Assembly (NCBI RefSeq): GCF_006345805.1
Contig: NC_042998.1
Location: 181,288,001-181,352,000, forward strand
From: Octopus sinensis
Taxonomy: Eukaryota
Direction of reading: 5' to 3'
DNA: 64,000 bases
Positions 37,576-49,800 of the stretch are shown here, piece after piece. Both the position numbers and the translations under genes were made by a program. How positions within the stretch are numbered: the stretch's first letter is position 1; the number at the start of each line of letters is the position of its first letter. A model generated the notes under the pieces. That model was not told the origin of the DNA. It saw only the letters and a list, made by a program, of their open reading frames with translations, and made no database searches.

Positions 37576-38144
37576 TATATATATATATATTCGAATTCCT
37601 TCCTGGTCAACCCACAATCACATACACTCACACAAACACCCAGAAATGCGTACACTCCACTCACACATGTTTTGTATATGCTTTTGTTTTTTATATTTCG
37701 CTTTTTTTTTCTTCCAGTATGTACAAATATTTCGATGTAACTAGACACACTGTCTGTTTACTCAGTTCAGTAAATTTTATAGCTTTGTATGACCAGAATC
37801 AGTTGGCTAAAACGTTTGATGTGTTCTAGAGTACTCTCTACATCGCAAAAACATTAGTCTGTCAACAGAAAGTAACATTACTCAAAATGAAAACTACTTA
37901 TGTAACTTCACACATCGCTATAATTTCATCAGCCCACATGATTGCATTTCCACGCCTTCCTTCAGACCAATAATTAAAATATTGTATTGTAGCTTACTTT
38001 TATGATCTCTTTTGCCTTTTTGGGTTTTTTTCTTCTTTTAATCAGTTATAAACTACTGTTTGGGGTTTGCTTTCTCATCTAATATTTAGTGATTGTATAG
38101 AGACAGAAAATCTTGGTTTCTAAAACATATGTCGATAGATAGAT

Positions 38145-38532
38145 ATTCTTTTCTAATATAGGCACAAGGCCTGAAATTTTGGGAAGGGAGCCAGTCGGTT
38201 AGATCGACCCCAGTACGCAATTTATCGACCCCAAAAGGATGAAAGGCAAAGTCGACCTCGGTGGAATTTGAACTCAGAACGTAAAAGACAGAAGAAATAC
38301 CTATTTCTTTACTACCCACAAGGAGCTAAACACAGAGAGGACAAACAAGGACAGACAAACGGATTAAGTCGATTATATCGACCCCAGTGTGTAACTGGTA
38401 CTTAATTTATCGACCCCGAAAGGATGAAAGGCAAAGTCGACCTCTGCGGAATTTGAACTCACAACGTAACGGCAGACGAAATACCGCTAAGCATTTCGCC
38501 CGGCGGGCTAACATTTATGCCAGCTCGCCGCC
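38145..38532 (-). mobile_element. SINE-like family A copy
   Basis: Reverse complement of the family A dimeric structure. Further decayed reverse copies lie at about 38640-39170 and 39850-40042. Confidence 0.85.
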
Positions 38533-40916
38533 TAACATAGATATATATTATTGTGCCTTCGAAAGCACAATAATAAGCATATGTAATAATTATTTCACAT
38601 TTAGGCACATGGTTAAACATCTTTAAAGGAAAGGGTTATTCGATGAGAGCGACCCCAGTGTTTGACTGTATCTTTATGGACGTGAGAGGGAGTGAAAGAT
38701 AGGATTAACTGCAGCGGGATTTGAACTCAGAACATAAAAGGAAAAACTACCATTTTAACGATTCTGCTAATCCACTGCTCGAAATAATTTCTAATTTTGG
38801 CACATCAGTAATTTTGAGTGAGCTCTTGGTCGATTATATTGACACCGATACTTGACTGGTACGTATCAGCCCTTGCGTGATGACAGGCAAACGTAACCAC
38901 TGCAGGATTTGAACTGACTCGTAACTATATACCGCACTGTAATTTTCCCGACGCTCTAACGTTTCTAACTACCACCTTAGGAACAGTTCTTTACATAGGT
39001 ACTTGTCCTGAAATTTGAGATTGGTTACTTGACGATTAATTCCACCCTAGTACTTGAATGGTACTTTATTTCATCGACCCCGGAAAATGAAAGGCAAAGA
39101 TGAGTTCGGTGGTATTTGAATTTAGAATGCAAAGAACCAGAAAGAGAGCAAGAAGCATTTTTCCCGACGCACAAATGATTCTTACAATCCATCAATTCAT
39201 GTTGAATATATTTGTAGTATTTTATTTATTCTTACAAATTTATTTCACGAAACCAGTTATCATTTCCTTAAGCTTTGCATAGTCCTAACAAGTTCGGAAA
39301 ACTTTGAGTCAATCAAAAGCCACCGTCGTTCAATGTTCAGCACTCTACGCATAAGTTTGGTTTGTTTTAATAAGGAAAACTGGCAGTTTCCCATAAATGA
39401 AAGTCTTCACGTCACAGAGGTTTATCCAATAGAAAGACCGCTGCCTAGAGGTCATACAGCTCGACATCAGTGACGCTAATTGCTTCTGTCAGAAAGTAGA
39501 GAATTGTAACAGATAATGCAAGGTATCTCAACCAACCTTTTAACTATTCCGCCAATCCACCATTCTAGATCGTTACATTTTTATCGTCCCATCGAAATGA
39601 TGATACACGAAGTTGATCTCAAGATTCGTAATCAATGGTAGAGTTCTCTCCCCTGTAGAATACTACAATTGAAAACTCGACCCAATCAGTGATCCTCGAA
39701 GTGCTTCCCCTTCCTGCCAGAAAGAGCAGTCAAATCTTCCTTTTGTTAATGCCAAAAAACTTCGATGGTGTCATAGCTTTACGGTCCATAGAGGACAACT
39801 ATTACCTGTGCTGATTTAAAAGTCGTCTTAAATAGTTTTCCTAATTTTGGCACAAGACCGGCAATTTTGACAGAAGAGAGATGACCTCAGTACATGACTG
39901 GTAGTTAATTTTGTTAACACTTGTGGGATGCAAAGCAAAGTTGACTTCGGCAGGATTTGAACACAGAATATAAAGATCCAAGACAAATACTGCAAAGCAT
40001 TCTTCCCTATGCTATAACGATTCTGCCAACTCGCCGCCTTGAAGTCGTTTTAAATAATGAAATAATATGTCGTTAAAATCAGCAGTAATATTTCCAATAA
40101 AAAAAGAAACGGAGTCGATTGTGGGTGGAAAGCTCAATAGTACCCAGAAATACACCCTGAAGCCGTGAATGAAAATATGTTCGAGTGTTATGCTTTTAAG
40201 AAGTCTAACCATCGAAGAGGTCAAAGATAAAATTGAAATTGTTTATTTAATGAAACAGTGTTATGAAAATTTATAAATGTATGCATCAAAATAGAAATAA
40301 GAGTATATATAAATCATGGAAACGAGTTATTACTGGTTTCCATTAAATTTTCATTTTTATAAAATTGTATTAGTGGCTGACACTTTATTTTCTTCTTGCT
40401 AACCTCGAATTTTTTGTCCTATATCAATTTTGCGCTGCCAAGCTTATAATTCATTCAAAATTTTGATCGTTTTCTGAAAGTCACTCTGAAGATCGTCCGC
40501 CATTGTTTATAGATTCTTCGTTGACAGTTTGCCGTTGACAATTCGAAGAATTGATAAATTATCTGCACAACTTGAGGAAGATAGTGGGAAAGCGATGTAG
40601 TCATGAGGTCAAGTATTGTGGAATTTTTAAATGAAAGACTGCTGCTGTAAGTCAAATTTTCGGTTTATCAAGATTTTTATGCACACCACCTTGAAGACAT
40701 ACTAAGATTGGCGCCAAGTCTGATATCGATGCTACTCACGGACAATTTAGAGGGGGAAAGAGTCACAGATTCCAATACCAAGAGCGAATAGTTGTCGCGA
40801 TCATGGGGTACTTAGATGAAATTTGTGGCTGCCTCTCACACGTTTGAGACACGTTGCCTTATTTTTCTTCTATTTTTTTCTTTTACTTGTATTTATTGAT
40901 ATTTATATGATTATAA

Positions 40917-41265
40917 GGCGGTGAGCTGACAGAAACGTTAAGCACGCCGGGCGAAAAGCTTAGCGGTATTTCGTCTGCCGTTACGTTCTGAGTTCAAATT
41001 CCGCCGAGGTCGACTTTGCCTTTCATCCTTTCGGGGTCGATAAATTAAGTACTAGTTACGCACTGGGGTCGATATAATTGACTTAATCCGTTTGTCTGTC
41101 CTTGTTTGTTCTCTCTGTGTTTAGCCCCTTGTGGGCAGTAAAGAAATAGGTATATCGCCTGTCTTTAGGTTCTCATTTCAAATTCTACTTTGCCTTCATT
41201 CTTTCGAAGTCGATAAAAAAAAGTACTAGTTGACCTCCTCCGAAATTGCTGGGCTTGTACCAAAT
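40917..41265 (+). mobile_element. SINE-like family A copy
   Basis: Same head and core as 36545; a more degenerate copy follows at about 41457-41660. Confidence 0.85.
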
Positions 41266-42395
41266 TCATATATTAATCTGTATAATTTCTCTAAATATTT
41301 AGTTTTTCAATATGAAGTGTAACGTTTTGCCTTATTCTTCGTCTTATGTAACTATGGGGGTACATTCAATAAGTCGAATAATCTTTTCTTTTTTCCCTTG
41401 TTACGAGTTGTTGTAATAATGCAAATCAATGGTAAATTTATTATGGCTATTCTGCAAGGTGGTGAGCTGCCAGAAGTTTTAGAGCATCCGAAAAAACTTT
41501 TTTTGCATTATTTGTTCCAACTTTTTTCACGCTGAGTTCAAATCCTGCTAATGTTAAATTTGCCTTTCATTTCTTTGGATTCGATGAAATTAGTCAAGTA
41601 CTAGAGTCGATGGTATCGATTTATTCCTACCCTCAGAAATTACTGCCCTTGTTTGTAAATTAGAAAGTATTTCTATTCATTTTCATCAACGTAAAATGGT
41701 GATATTTTTCTCTTTTTATTTTTTTTCATTGTGGAAAGCGTATCAAAGCAGTTTAAATTGCTAGAAACATTACAATAATCAAAGAATTATCGATCATAAA
41801 TTGTTTAAACAAATTCTTTTAGATAGGAAGACACTTTGATAAGGGTTAACATTTCCCCCATGGATGTTTGGTAGCGATAGTGGACTTTTCAAAAATTTGA
41901 AACTTCTTTGTCTGATGGGTATAATCTTGATTAGATAATCTATTCTTAATCAAAAGAAATATTATATCAGATCATTCACAAAGGATAATATAACTTTGAC
42001 CACAAAGTTTATCTGGTCACTCAGAGTTTCAAACCTTCCGTTATTTTAAACAGAGCGCACTCTTCCCTTATTAAAAATCTAATTCATTATTCTCCACAAT
42101 TTCATTCCATTTAATATGTCAGGGACAAACAGATATGTTCTGCATTGTAATGAAGGAATTAAAAGTATGTGCTCGCTGCATTTTATGCTTCCAGTATCAT
42201 TAAGGGTATATGTAACATCATAACGTCTAATATATTTTCATAGAACAACTACGAACTTCAACCTTCAGTTCGAATGCAAATGCTTGTGTACTAAATATTG
42301 ATTTCTTTCTTATGCAAAATATCTAAAACGCTACTTGTGAGGGAAAAAAATCAATGTTAAATTTTATCAAGAACATTAATTCCGTAAATAAAATT

Positions 42396-42696
42396 TCATA
42401 ATTAGTGTCATAAGTCAAACATTCTAATCACTTGGACATTGATTCTTGCCCTACAATGTTTGAATAAATATACTGCAGCCGTTAATAGATTGTTTAAAGG
42501 AATCGGTTTATGTAGGGTGATCAAATGATCTTCACCGACTATTACCAGAAATTGCAAGTACAAATAGTAAGCGGAATGATTCCAACGGGATTCGAACCAA
42601 TATTTCACCCCGAGTGTGAGTCTAAAAGAAACCTTTCTTTTTATCAAGCTAACGACTCAGTCACCCCTTGATAATCAAAAAGGTTCGAACGTCGTT

Positions 42697-42750
<54 letters not shown>

Positions 42751-42916
42751 ACTAAACTGGCAAAATGACCTTTCCGAAATATAACAATATATATATATAT
42801 AAAAACCGATTTATTTAAACAATCTATTAACGGCTGCAGTATGTTTATTCAAACATTGTAGGGCAAGAATCAATGTCCAAGTGATTAGAATGTTTGACTT
42901 ATGACACTAATTATGA
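42396..42916. repeat. Inverted repeat with about 114-bp arms and a about 290-bp spacer
   Basis: 42396-42509 is the near-perfect reverse complement of 42802-42916. Confidence 0.9.
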
Positions 42917-43144
42917 TATATATATAAATATATAAGTTCAGTAAACATTTAGATTCAGATGAATATAGCACTTAAGTTAAAGGCACCAGAATTTGGTATG
43001 GTATTATCCATATAAATCAAATGGGGTGATTATAATCAAAATAAGAAACAAGGATATCCAAAGGTAGTGCAGTACAATCGTTTCATGCTACTTCATTTAA
43101 TTAAACAATGCAAATATTACATCAGTTTTAAAATGTAGAGCAAT

Positions 43145-43180
<36 letters not shown>

Positions 43181-43194
43181 CTGATAAGCCAGGC

Positions 43195-43458
43195 CAGAGC
43201 CGGGCTGTGTGTAGTGTGCTTGAGCAAGACAATTTATTTCACGTTGCTCCAGTTCACAGAGCTGTAGAAATGAGTTGAGATGTCACTGGTGCCCAGTTGT
43301 ATCGGCCTTTACTTTTCTCTTGGATAATGTCAGTGGCATTGAGAGGGGAGCTGGTATGTATGGACAACTGCTGGTCTTCCATAAAACAACCTTGCCCTGA
43401 TTTCTGCATCGGAGGGTAACTTTCTAGGTGCAATCCCATGGTCATTCAACCCGAAGGG
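43195..43458 (+). mobile_element. SINE-like family C copy (5'-truncated)
   Basis: TTGAGCAAGAC..TTTCACGTTGCTCCAGTTCAC..CTAGGTGCAATCCCATGGTCATTC. Head-only reverse fragments also occur at about 43625-43712 and 53515-53590. Confidence 0.8.
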
Positions 43459-43466
43459 TGTGTGTG

Positions 43467-43505
<39 letters not shown>

Positions 43506-44124
43506 CCTGGCTCTCCACCGGTTATGATGGTGAGTGCTTCAGTTCGTACGATCAACCTCCTCGTAATTCTCAGGGAGATTCAATACGACGCAGGGTGTGA
43601 CGGGGATAACCCTGTGAAGGACACAACCTCGCTGAAGGACACAACGCGCCGCCGAGAATCGAACTCCCGACCTTACGGTCGTGAGCCGAATACCCTAACC
43701 ATGCGCTTTCACAACACACACACATAAGTGTGTGTTTGTGTGTGTGTGTGTGTGTGTAGTATCTACTGTGTGAACAGCTGGATGTACGGCTGCTATTGGG
43801 AATTTTAAGTTCCATGTAGAGTACCATCAACCTGTCTACGTCCAGTAAAGAAGTAGTTCCGTTACGACTGTAATCTGCAGTATTATCGTTTACGAATACA
43901 GGGAAAAGTACGATAAACACAAGATGTAGGTTATGGCATTTGTTCCCTATACACGTTTCGCTAATGTGGACATTTACATACTTTGCAGAGGGTTCATAGC
44001 GCAATTAGAAGTTGATCCTCTGCAGAAGATGCTCATAGAGCAATTAGAGGTTCTTCAGGGGAACATTTTTTTTTTACATTGTTTACACTCATCAGATGCT
44101 TATGAGGATATATATGTATGTATG

Positions 44125-44160
<36 letters not shown>

Positions 44161-44274
44161 ATGTGACTCTGCATCTCATTCAACGACAGAATAGAAATCT
44201 ATTAAACTGAAAATGGTTTAGAAGTATCAGCCCCAAAGAAATATTTTATTTTATCTGTCTTTGGTAATCAAAAG

Positions 44275-44590
44275 GGAGGCGCAATGGCCCAGTGGTTAGG
44301 GCAGTGGACTCGCGGTCGGAGGATTGCGGTTTCGATTCCGAGACCGTGCGTTGTGTGTGTTTATTGAGCGAAAACAACTAAAGCTCCACGAGGCTCCGGC
44401 AGGGGGTGGTGGCGACCCCTGCTGTACTCTTTCGCCCTAACTTTCACTCACTCTTTCTTCATGTTTCTTGAGTAACGCTGCGATGGACTGGCGTCCAGTC
44501 CAGCTGGGGGGGGGGACACATACACCACAGAAACCGGAAAACTGGGCTCATGAGGCTGGTTAGGCTTGAAAAGGGCGCATAAATAAATAA
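44275..44590 (+). mobile_element. tRNA-derived SINE-like family D copy with a V-domain-like segment
   Basis: GGAGGCGCAATGGCCCAGTGGTTAGGGCAG..GGTTTCGATTCC head, then CTGCGATGGACTGGCGTCCAGTCCAG at about 44478. Confidence 0.8.
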
Positions 44591-47500
44591 TTGGTAATCA
44601 AAAAGGTTCGAACTTCAGTTATTCCAGCTCAGCATCTTACTTGACTCGCATAATGGAATGAAAATCCAGAAGCAATTCACTGAGACATATATGTGTTTGC
44701 GTGTGTTTATGGGTGAGTGCTTGTGTGTATGTGTGTGCATGTGTGTGTGATAGACGTATATGCATGCGTGTGTGCTTGTATATGCACATAGCCAAACCAA
44801 CTCAAACACAAGCGTGCACTCATAAATTAATATGTACACACACTCATAAATTAATATGTACACACACTCGTAAATTAATATGTAAATAAAAGTGTGAATT
44901 ATCAATTATCTCAGACAAATTCACACCAAATTAGAAATTGCTAGCAGTTAACATTTATTAATTAGAAATAAACGATTTATTTTAAATAAATATTATTCAT
45001 ACAAATGTTATATAAATATGTGTATGCTTGTTTAGTAGTAGTAGTGGTGGTGGTGGTAGTAGTAGTAGTAGTAGTTGGTGTGGTTTCTGTCGTTGTTGCA
45101 TTTTCTGAGTGGTATGTATTATATCCATTCGTATATGTTATTATGTACGAGTGAATGCTTCAGTTTGTGTGCGTGTGTGTGTGTGCGTGCGTGTGCGTAT
45201 GTTTTCATGTTTAGCATATTACAGTTCGTAGGCCAAGGATTATTCCAACAACTAAGTTATAGATTAATTCTGCATTTGATCCCCTCTTTTCCTTTCCATT
45301 TTCATTACACGAAAAATGTTTCGAGCAAACACATTTCTCGAGACACCATACATATCAAACGTGTCATCTCAATAAAAACTTAATACTTTGCAGATTAAAT
45401 TCGTTCTTCGCATTACCATATCATTCTTGAAACTACCAAAACTTTATCTACTTAATATATATAGTTCTATCCGAGACCCCATTTATTACATTTCTTCTTA
45501 AAAGGAATTTTAATTTATTGTTACTACATGTTGATTGTTCGATGGATATTCTACCAAGGAATGTCTTAGAAATTTCACTCGGTTTAATAGGAAACTATTT
45601 CAGCAGATGATTACAGGAAATAAACTCCATTTGTACATTACTGTAACAGATGTAATTTATGGTTAGTTGGCAGAAATATTACAACGCTAGCGCCGGATTA
45701 AATGCTTTTCAGTATTTCTTTTCTTTCGTCTGAGAATAACTTTTGCCGGCAACAATTTAGCTTGTTAATCTCCCCAATAAAATAAATACCAGCTGTATAT
45801 TGGGGATCGATTCCACACAGATATGTTCCCCAAATTTACAACTCTGTTCCAATTACTACTTTAATGGTTGTAAAGGGCTTGCATCATTTCCTTCGCCTCT
45901 CCGTAAATTGAGTTCAAACTTTACTCGAGGCGGCTTGCCCTACATCATTCTGGGTCGATAAAATATCTCCCAGTCAAGTACCGAAACCGTTATAATCGAC
46001 AGTTTTCCCCTTCCTTCTGCCTATGTTTAGCATTATCATAATAGTTATAAGGGCGATGTGTGGCAGAAACAGTAGAGGAACGAATAAATGCCTCGTAGTA
46101 TTGACTTCAACGTTCTGACAGCTTCATGTCGATTATAACTCTCTCCAAAATATAAGACCTTACACCTATGTTAGAAGTCAGGTATAAGCGAAAATTTAAT
46201 TAGAAATTTGCCTATATTAGAGGATACATTAGTATCCTTTTACACTGCCCATTGAAAGCTGAAAGATATTTTACCCTTACCACCACTGCTGTTGCAGAAC
46301 GGCCGCAGAGAGCAACCTCGGATGTAGATTAAGGCAATAATGTCAACGGTTAAATGAGATTGCATTCTGGTTTCGATTCTACGTTAAAGACATTTCACTT
46401 TATGTATCCCACTATTTAACCTAGTAAGTGAAAGAGAAGTCATAAGCTAATTGTAATAAACCATTTAGATTACCAAACCATTTTTTTTTTCTTAATGCTT
46501 GAAAATTCCTATTCTAAAATCTTATTTTAGTTTCACGAAGTTTGAAGGCTAGTGTCAGGTGCTCAAATATTAATTAGCATGACCATTTGCAGTCTGACTC
46601 TACTTAAATCATTAGCTTCGCGTACGGAGTGGTAATTCAAGTATAATTAATTTTGATACGGTTTTATTTAATCTTCTAAACTCTTGAAAGTGATGGAATT
46701 TAATTAGACGCAAAATTTTGATTTTAAAATATGTCATCGTTGTCTTTCAACGCACCAAAAGAGAAATTTGTGCTAAGTGGAATGAAAGGGATTTAAGAAA
46801 TGCAGTATATTTGATATTTGTAATTCAGTGAGTCTGAATGAATAAAAGCTGTTGTACTTACAATATAAAAGACAAGTTTGGAGTCCAAGAATTCATGATT
46901 GGATGTACGAAAGCAAGAAATGAAGCAATTATGGAAAATGTACAACAGTTCTACTTGAATTTCTGCGGTCACTTGTTTGTCTCATCATATATGTATATCA
47001 TGTTTGTATATGAGATTAGGAACGGTGTTTTGCAACGCACTTAGCTTACTGAACTCCAGTGTCACGGTTTTCATGACAGTTAATGGCTCTTCCTTTGAGT
47101 TTGACGAATCCATTGTAGTTAAGGAGTTACCCACTTATTTAGAAGATGATTCTGTTTAATTAATGTGGATTTGATGGAGCACACTAGCTATCATGTTTAA
47201 TGGCAAGACTGACCAAAGCAATTGGGAATTTCTTCTTGAAGGTGAGCGCTGCAATGAATCGTATTCCTCACACTCACACACACACACACACACACACACC
47301 ACACACACACACACACCACACACACACACACATACACACCTAATGATAAACTAGATATCCTACGAAAAACTCGTTAACAATATACAATGTTCTGCTAAAT
47401 GTTGACCTTTAGGCCAGAAAATTTCCCCCTTATTTATTTGATCAAAACAAGTTGTGGAAGTTATATAACATAGTCAAGTTTTATGTTCGTTCTCAGTACG

Positions 47501-48089
47501 AGTATGGGAGTTTTTGTTGTTATTTTTTTATTAGCTTGGTCCGGAAGAAATGGCAATCCCTATGGCCGTCACTTCTTCCCCCCGAAACAGCTGCCAAATT
47601 GCAGCTATTTATGAGAAACAGTAACTATTGACATGGTTAATATTCCTCATAAATGGTTGCAGGTTGGCATCTGTAGTAAAAACATGGGTAGAGAAAGAAC
47701 TCAAAGGGGTAAAGCCTGAGAATAATGGTTAAAGAGACAAGACAAGACATGATACGAGTGAGTCGCAAGTATTTGAGCTGAAGATGTCAAAAGCACTGTC
47801 AGCTCATAGAAACACTGGCCGCTGTAGTTGCTGTGGAAAAGGGAGGGAATAAGAATCTGACTGTCGACAGAAATGTGTTAGTGAGCAACTGCAGGTTGGT
47901 CAGTTGAGTAACCTTTATTTGAATGCAGTGTAGGGTGTCTGGTGTCTAGAAAATATCCTCAGGGACGGTGAGACTTAGATTTTGTAGCGATTTGGAGGGT
48001 TTTATTTTCGTTTTTATTCATGTTTAAGTATACTATTATTTTCTTGATTTGTGCAATTATTTTATCTTTAATCTGTTGAAAGAAACACA

Positions 48090-49800
48090 AGATTAGCATA
48101 ATGACATGGGGTCAAAGCAGGTTTGGCATAAGATGCTTAAGTTACGTGTTGATGCTTGGATGCAACAGAGTAAAGAGGAATGAAGGGTAGTATATATCGT
48201 CTGTATATACCAATGGGCATTGTTGAAGACAATGGGAACTAGTTTGTTAGTGTATAAAAGGTTGAGTTTGAGAAATAAGCCCGAACCTTGAAGCACTCCA
48301 GATTTGATTGAATGTGGATCAGAAGGAGTGTAAACATGCCTTAGTAGTGCAATCAGTCAGGAAATCTGCGATCTGTGCGACAATAACCAGGCAATTTTGC
48401 TAAGAGCTTCGTGTGTCACAGATAGTTGAATTTTTTTTTCTGGTGTTATGTGCAACAATACTTCTTTTTCACCAAATTCCACCTAGGTAAAGGACAGCTA
48501 CTGACTGAGATAGGGGATTAAATCTTCACTAGATCTGGTTCGACCAAAGCCATACTGTTGGAGCTCAGAAGGGAACAGGATTTAAAGTGCTGTAGACTGC
48601 ATTTATTAATTACTACCTGCATCACCTTTGAAATTTTGGAAGTGGATGCGATAATGCGATTGTTTGCAGGGTCAGAATGGTTGCTATTCTTGAGACTAGA
48701 ACATTGTGTGTTGCATTCCCGAAGAGTAACAAACATCACTGGAGGCAGAAAGAATTTGAACAGTGTGGCGAGAGTAAATGCTACCTCTGGAGCATATTGT
48801 TTCGTAGTAAGGGAAGGAAGAATAACAAGACCGGTGGTATTATTGCTTTGAAGTGACTGAAAGTGCTTTCACACTAAGCGCACACGTGCACTTTGTGGAG
48901 AGCCTAATAGAGTAAAGAAGGGTAGTTTTGAAGGTGATTTACCACGTATTTTTGCAATGTGGATTTAAATACAAACTTGATAGCAAATATGGGAAGTGGC
49001 GAATAAGAAGATTCCATATATAGAGTAGAATTATTTTGTAAGGGATCAAATTGATCGACTTGAGTTTGAGAAGCGGCTTTACTTATGGGCTGTTTGATGC
49101 ATGGAAGTAAACTTCGTGTGTCTAATTATAGTCGTACAGAAATTGCGATGGTTGATTGATAAAAGCTTCCTGCTTTGATGACTTGATATAGTTTTGGGTT
49201 CAGAAGGTTCGGTTTTCCGTGGTATGTGAAAGTGTGGTAGCATGTTGAGATAAAACATGCTACCACATGCCAGGAAACTCGATAGTCATAGAAACAATGA
49301 CGGTTTAGTAGAAAGTGGGTTTGGAGGTGTAAACGCAACCAAGTGTAATTAAAGTATTAGTGTGTTAATCTGGGTTGAATGTAGGAAATCAAACATTGTG
49401 ATACAAAGAGTTGAGAATTGCAAAAGATACAGTTTGGATTGAGCATGGGAGCCACGAGGAGTTAAAAGAATTGTGGTTCAAAGGGTTGGAGGCATCAGAG
49501 AAGGGTAAATGTCCTCGATGTAGGAGAAAATATGGCCAGAGTATTGATGGTTGAATAAGTTCGGGGAACAAGAGCAGGGAAAGGAGACTTTGTACAGAGT
49601 AACTGAAGTCTTTTCTTAACAAAATCCAAATAACGGTGCTGAGCGGCAGGGAGAGTAAAGTTTATATATCTACAGATATATAAGTCTGAGTGAAGAAATG
49701 GACTATTTATAAGGATGAGAGTTTATTGACTCGAAGAGGAAGAGTTTGTGTTGTTTACATGTGAGTAGAAGATGATGAATGGATGTAGGTTGGATTGAGG
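48090..49800 (-). mobile_element. Decayed non-LTR retrotransposon ORF2 remnant (CR1/L2/Jockey-type RT region)
   Basis: Minus strand: SDPANNRIIASTSKISKVMQVVIN..LLSS (ORF 48518-48739, the degenerate NYRPISLTSxxSKVME motif), then QQYGFGRTRSSEDL..EFGEKEV..HTKLLAKLP. Many stops; the outer boundaries are uncertain. Confidence 0.75.

Noticed and set aside
39405-39480. CACGTCA / CCAAT / TGACGC words suggesting a promoter
   Set aside because: Short motifs expected by chance; no CpG island or downstream start exon supported.
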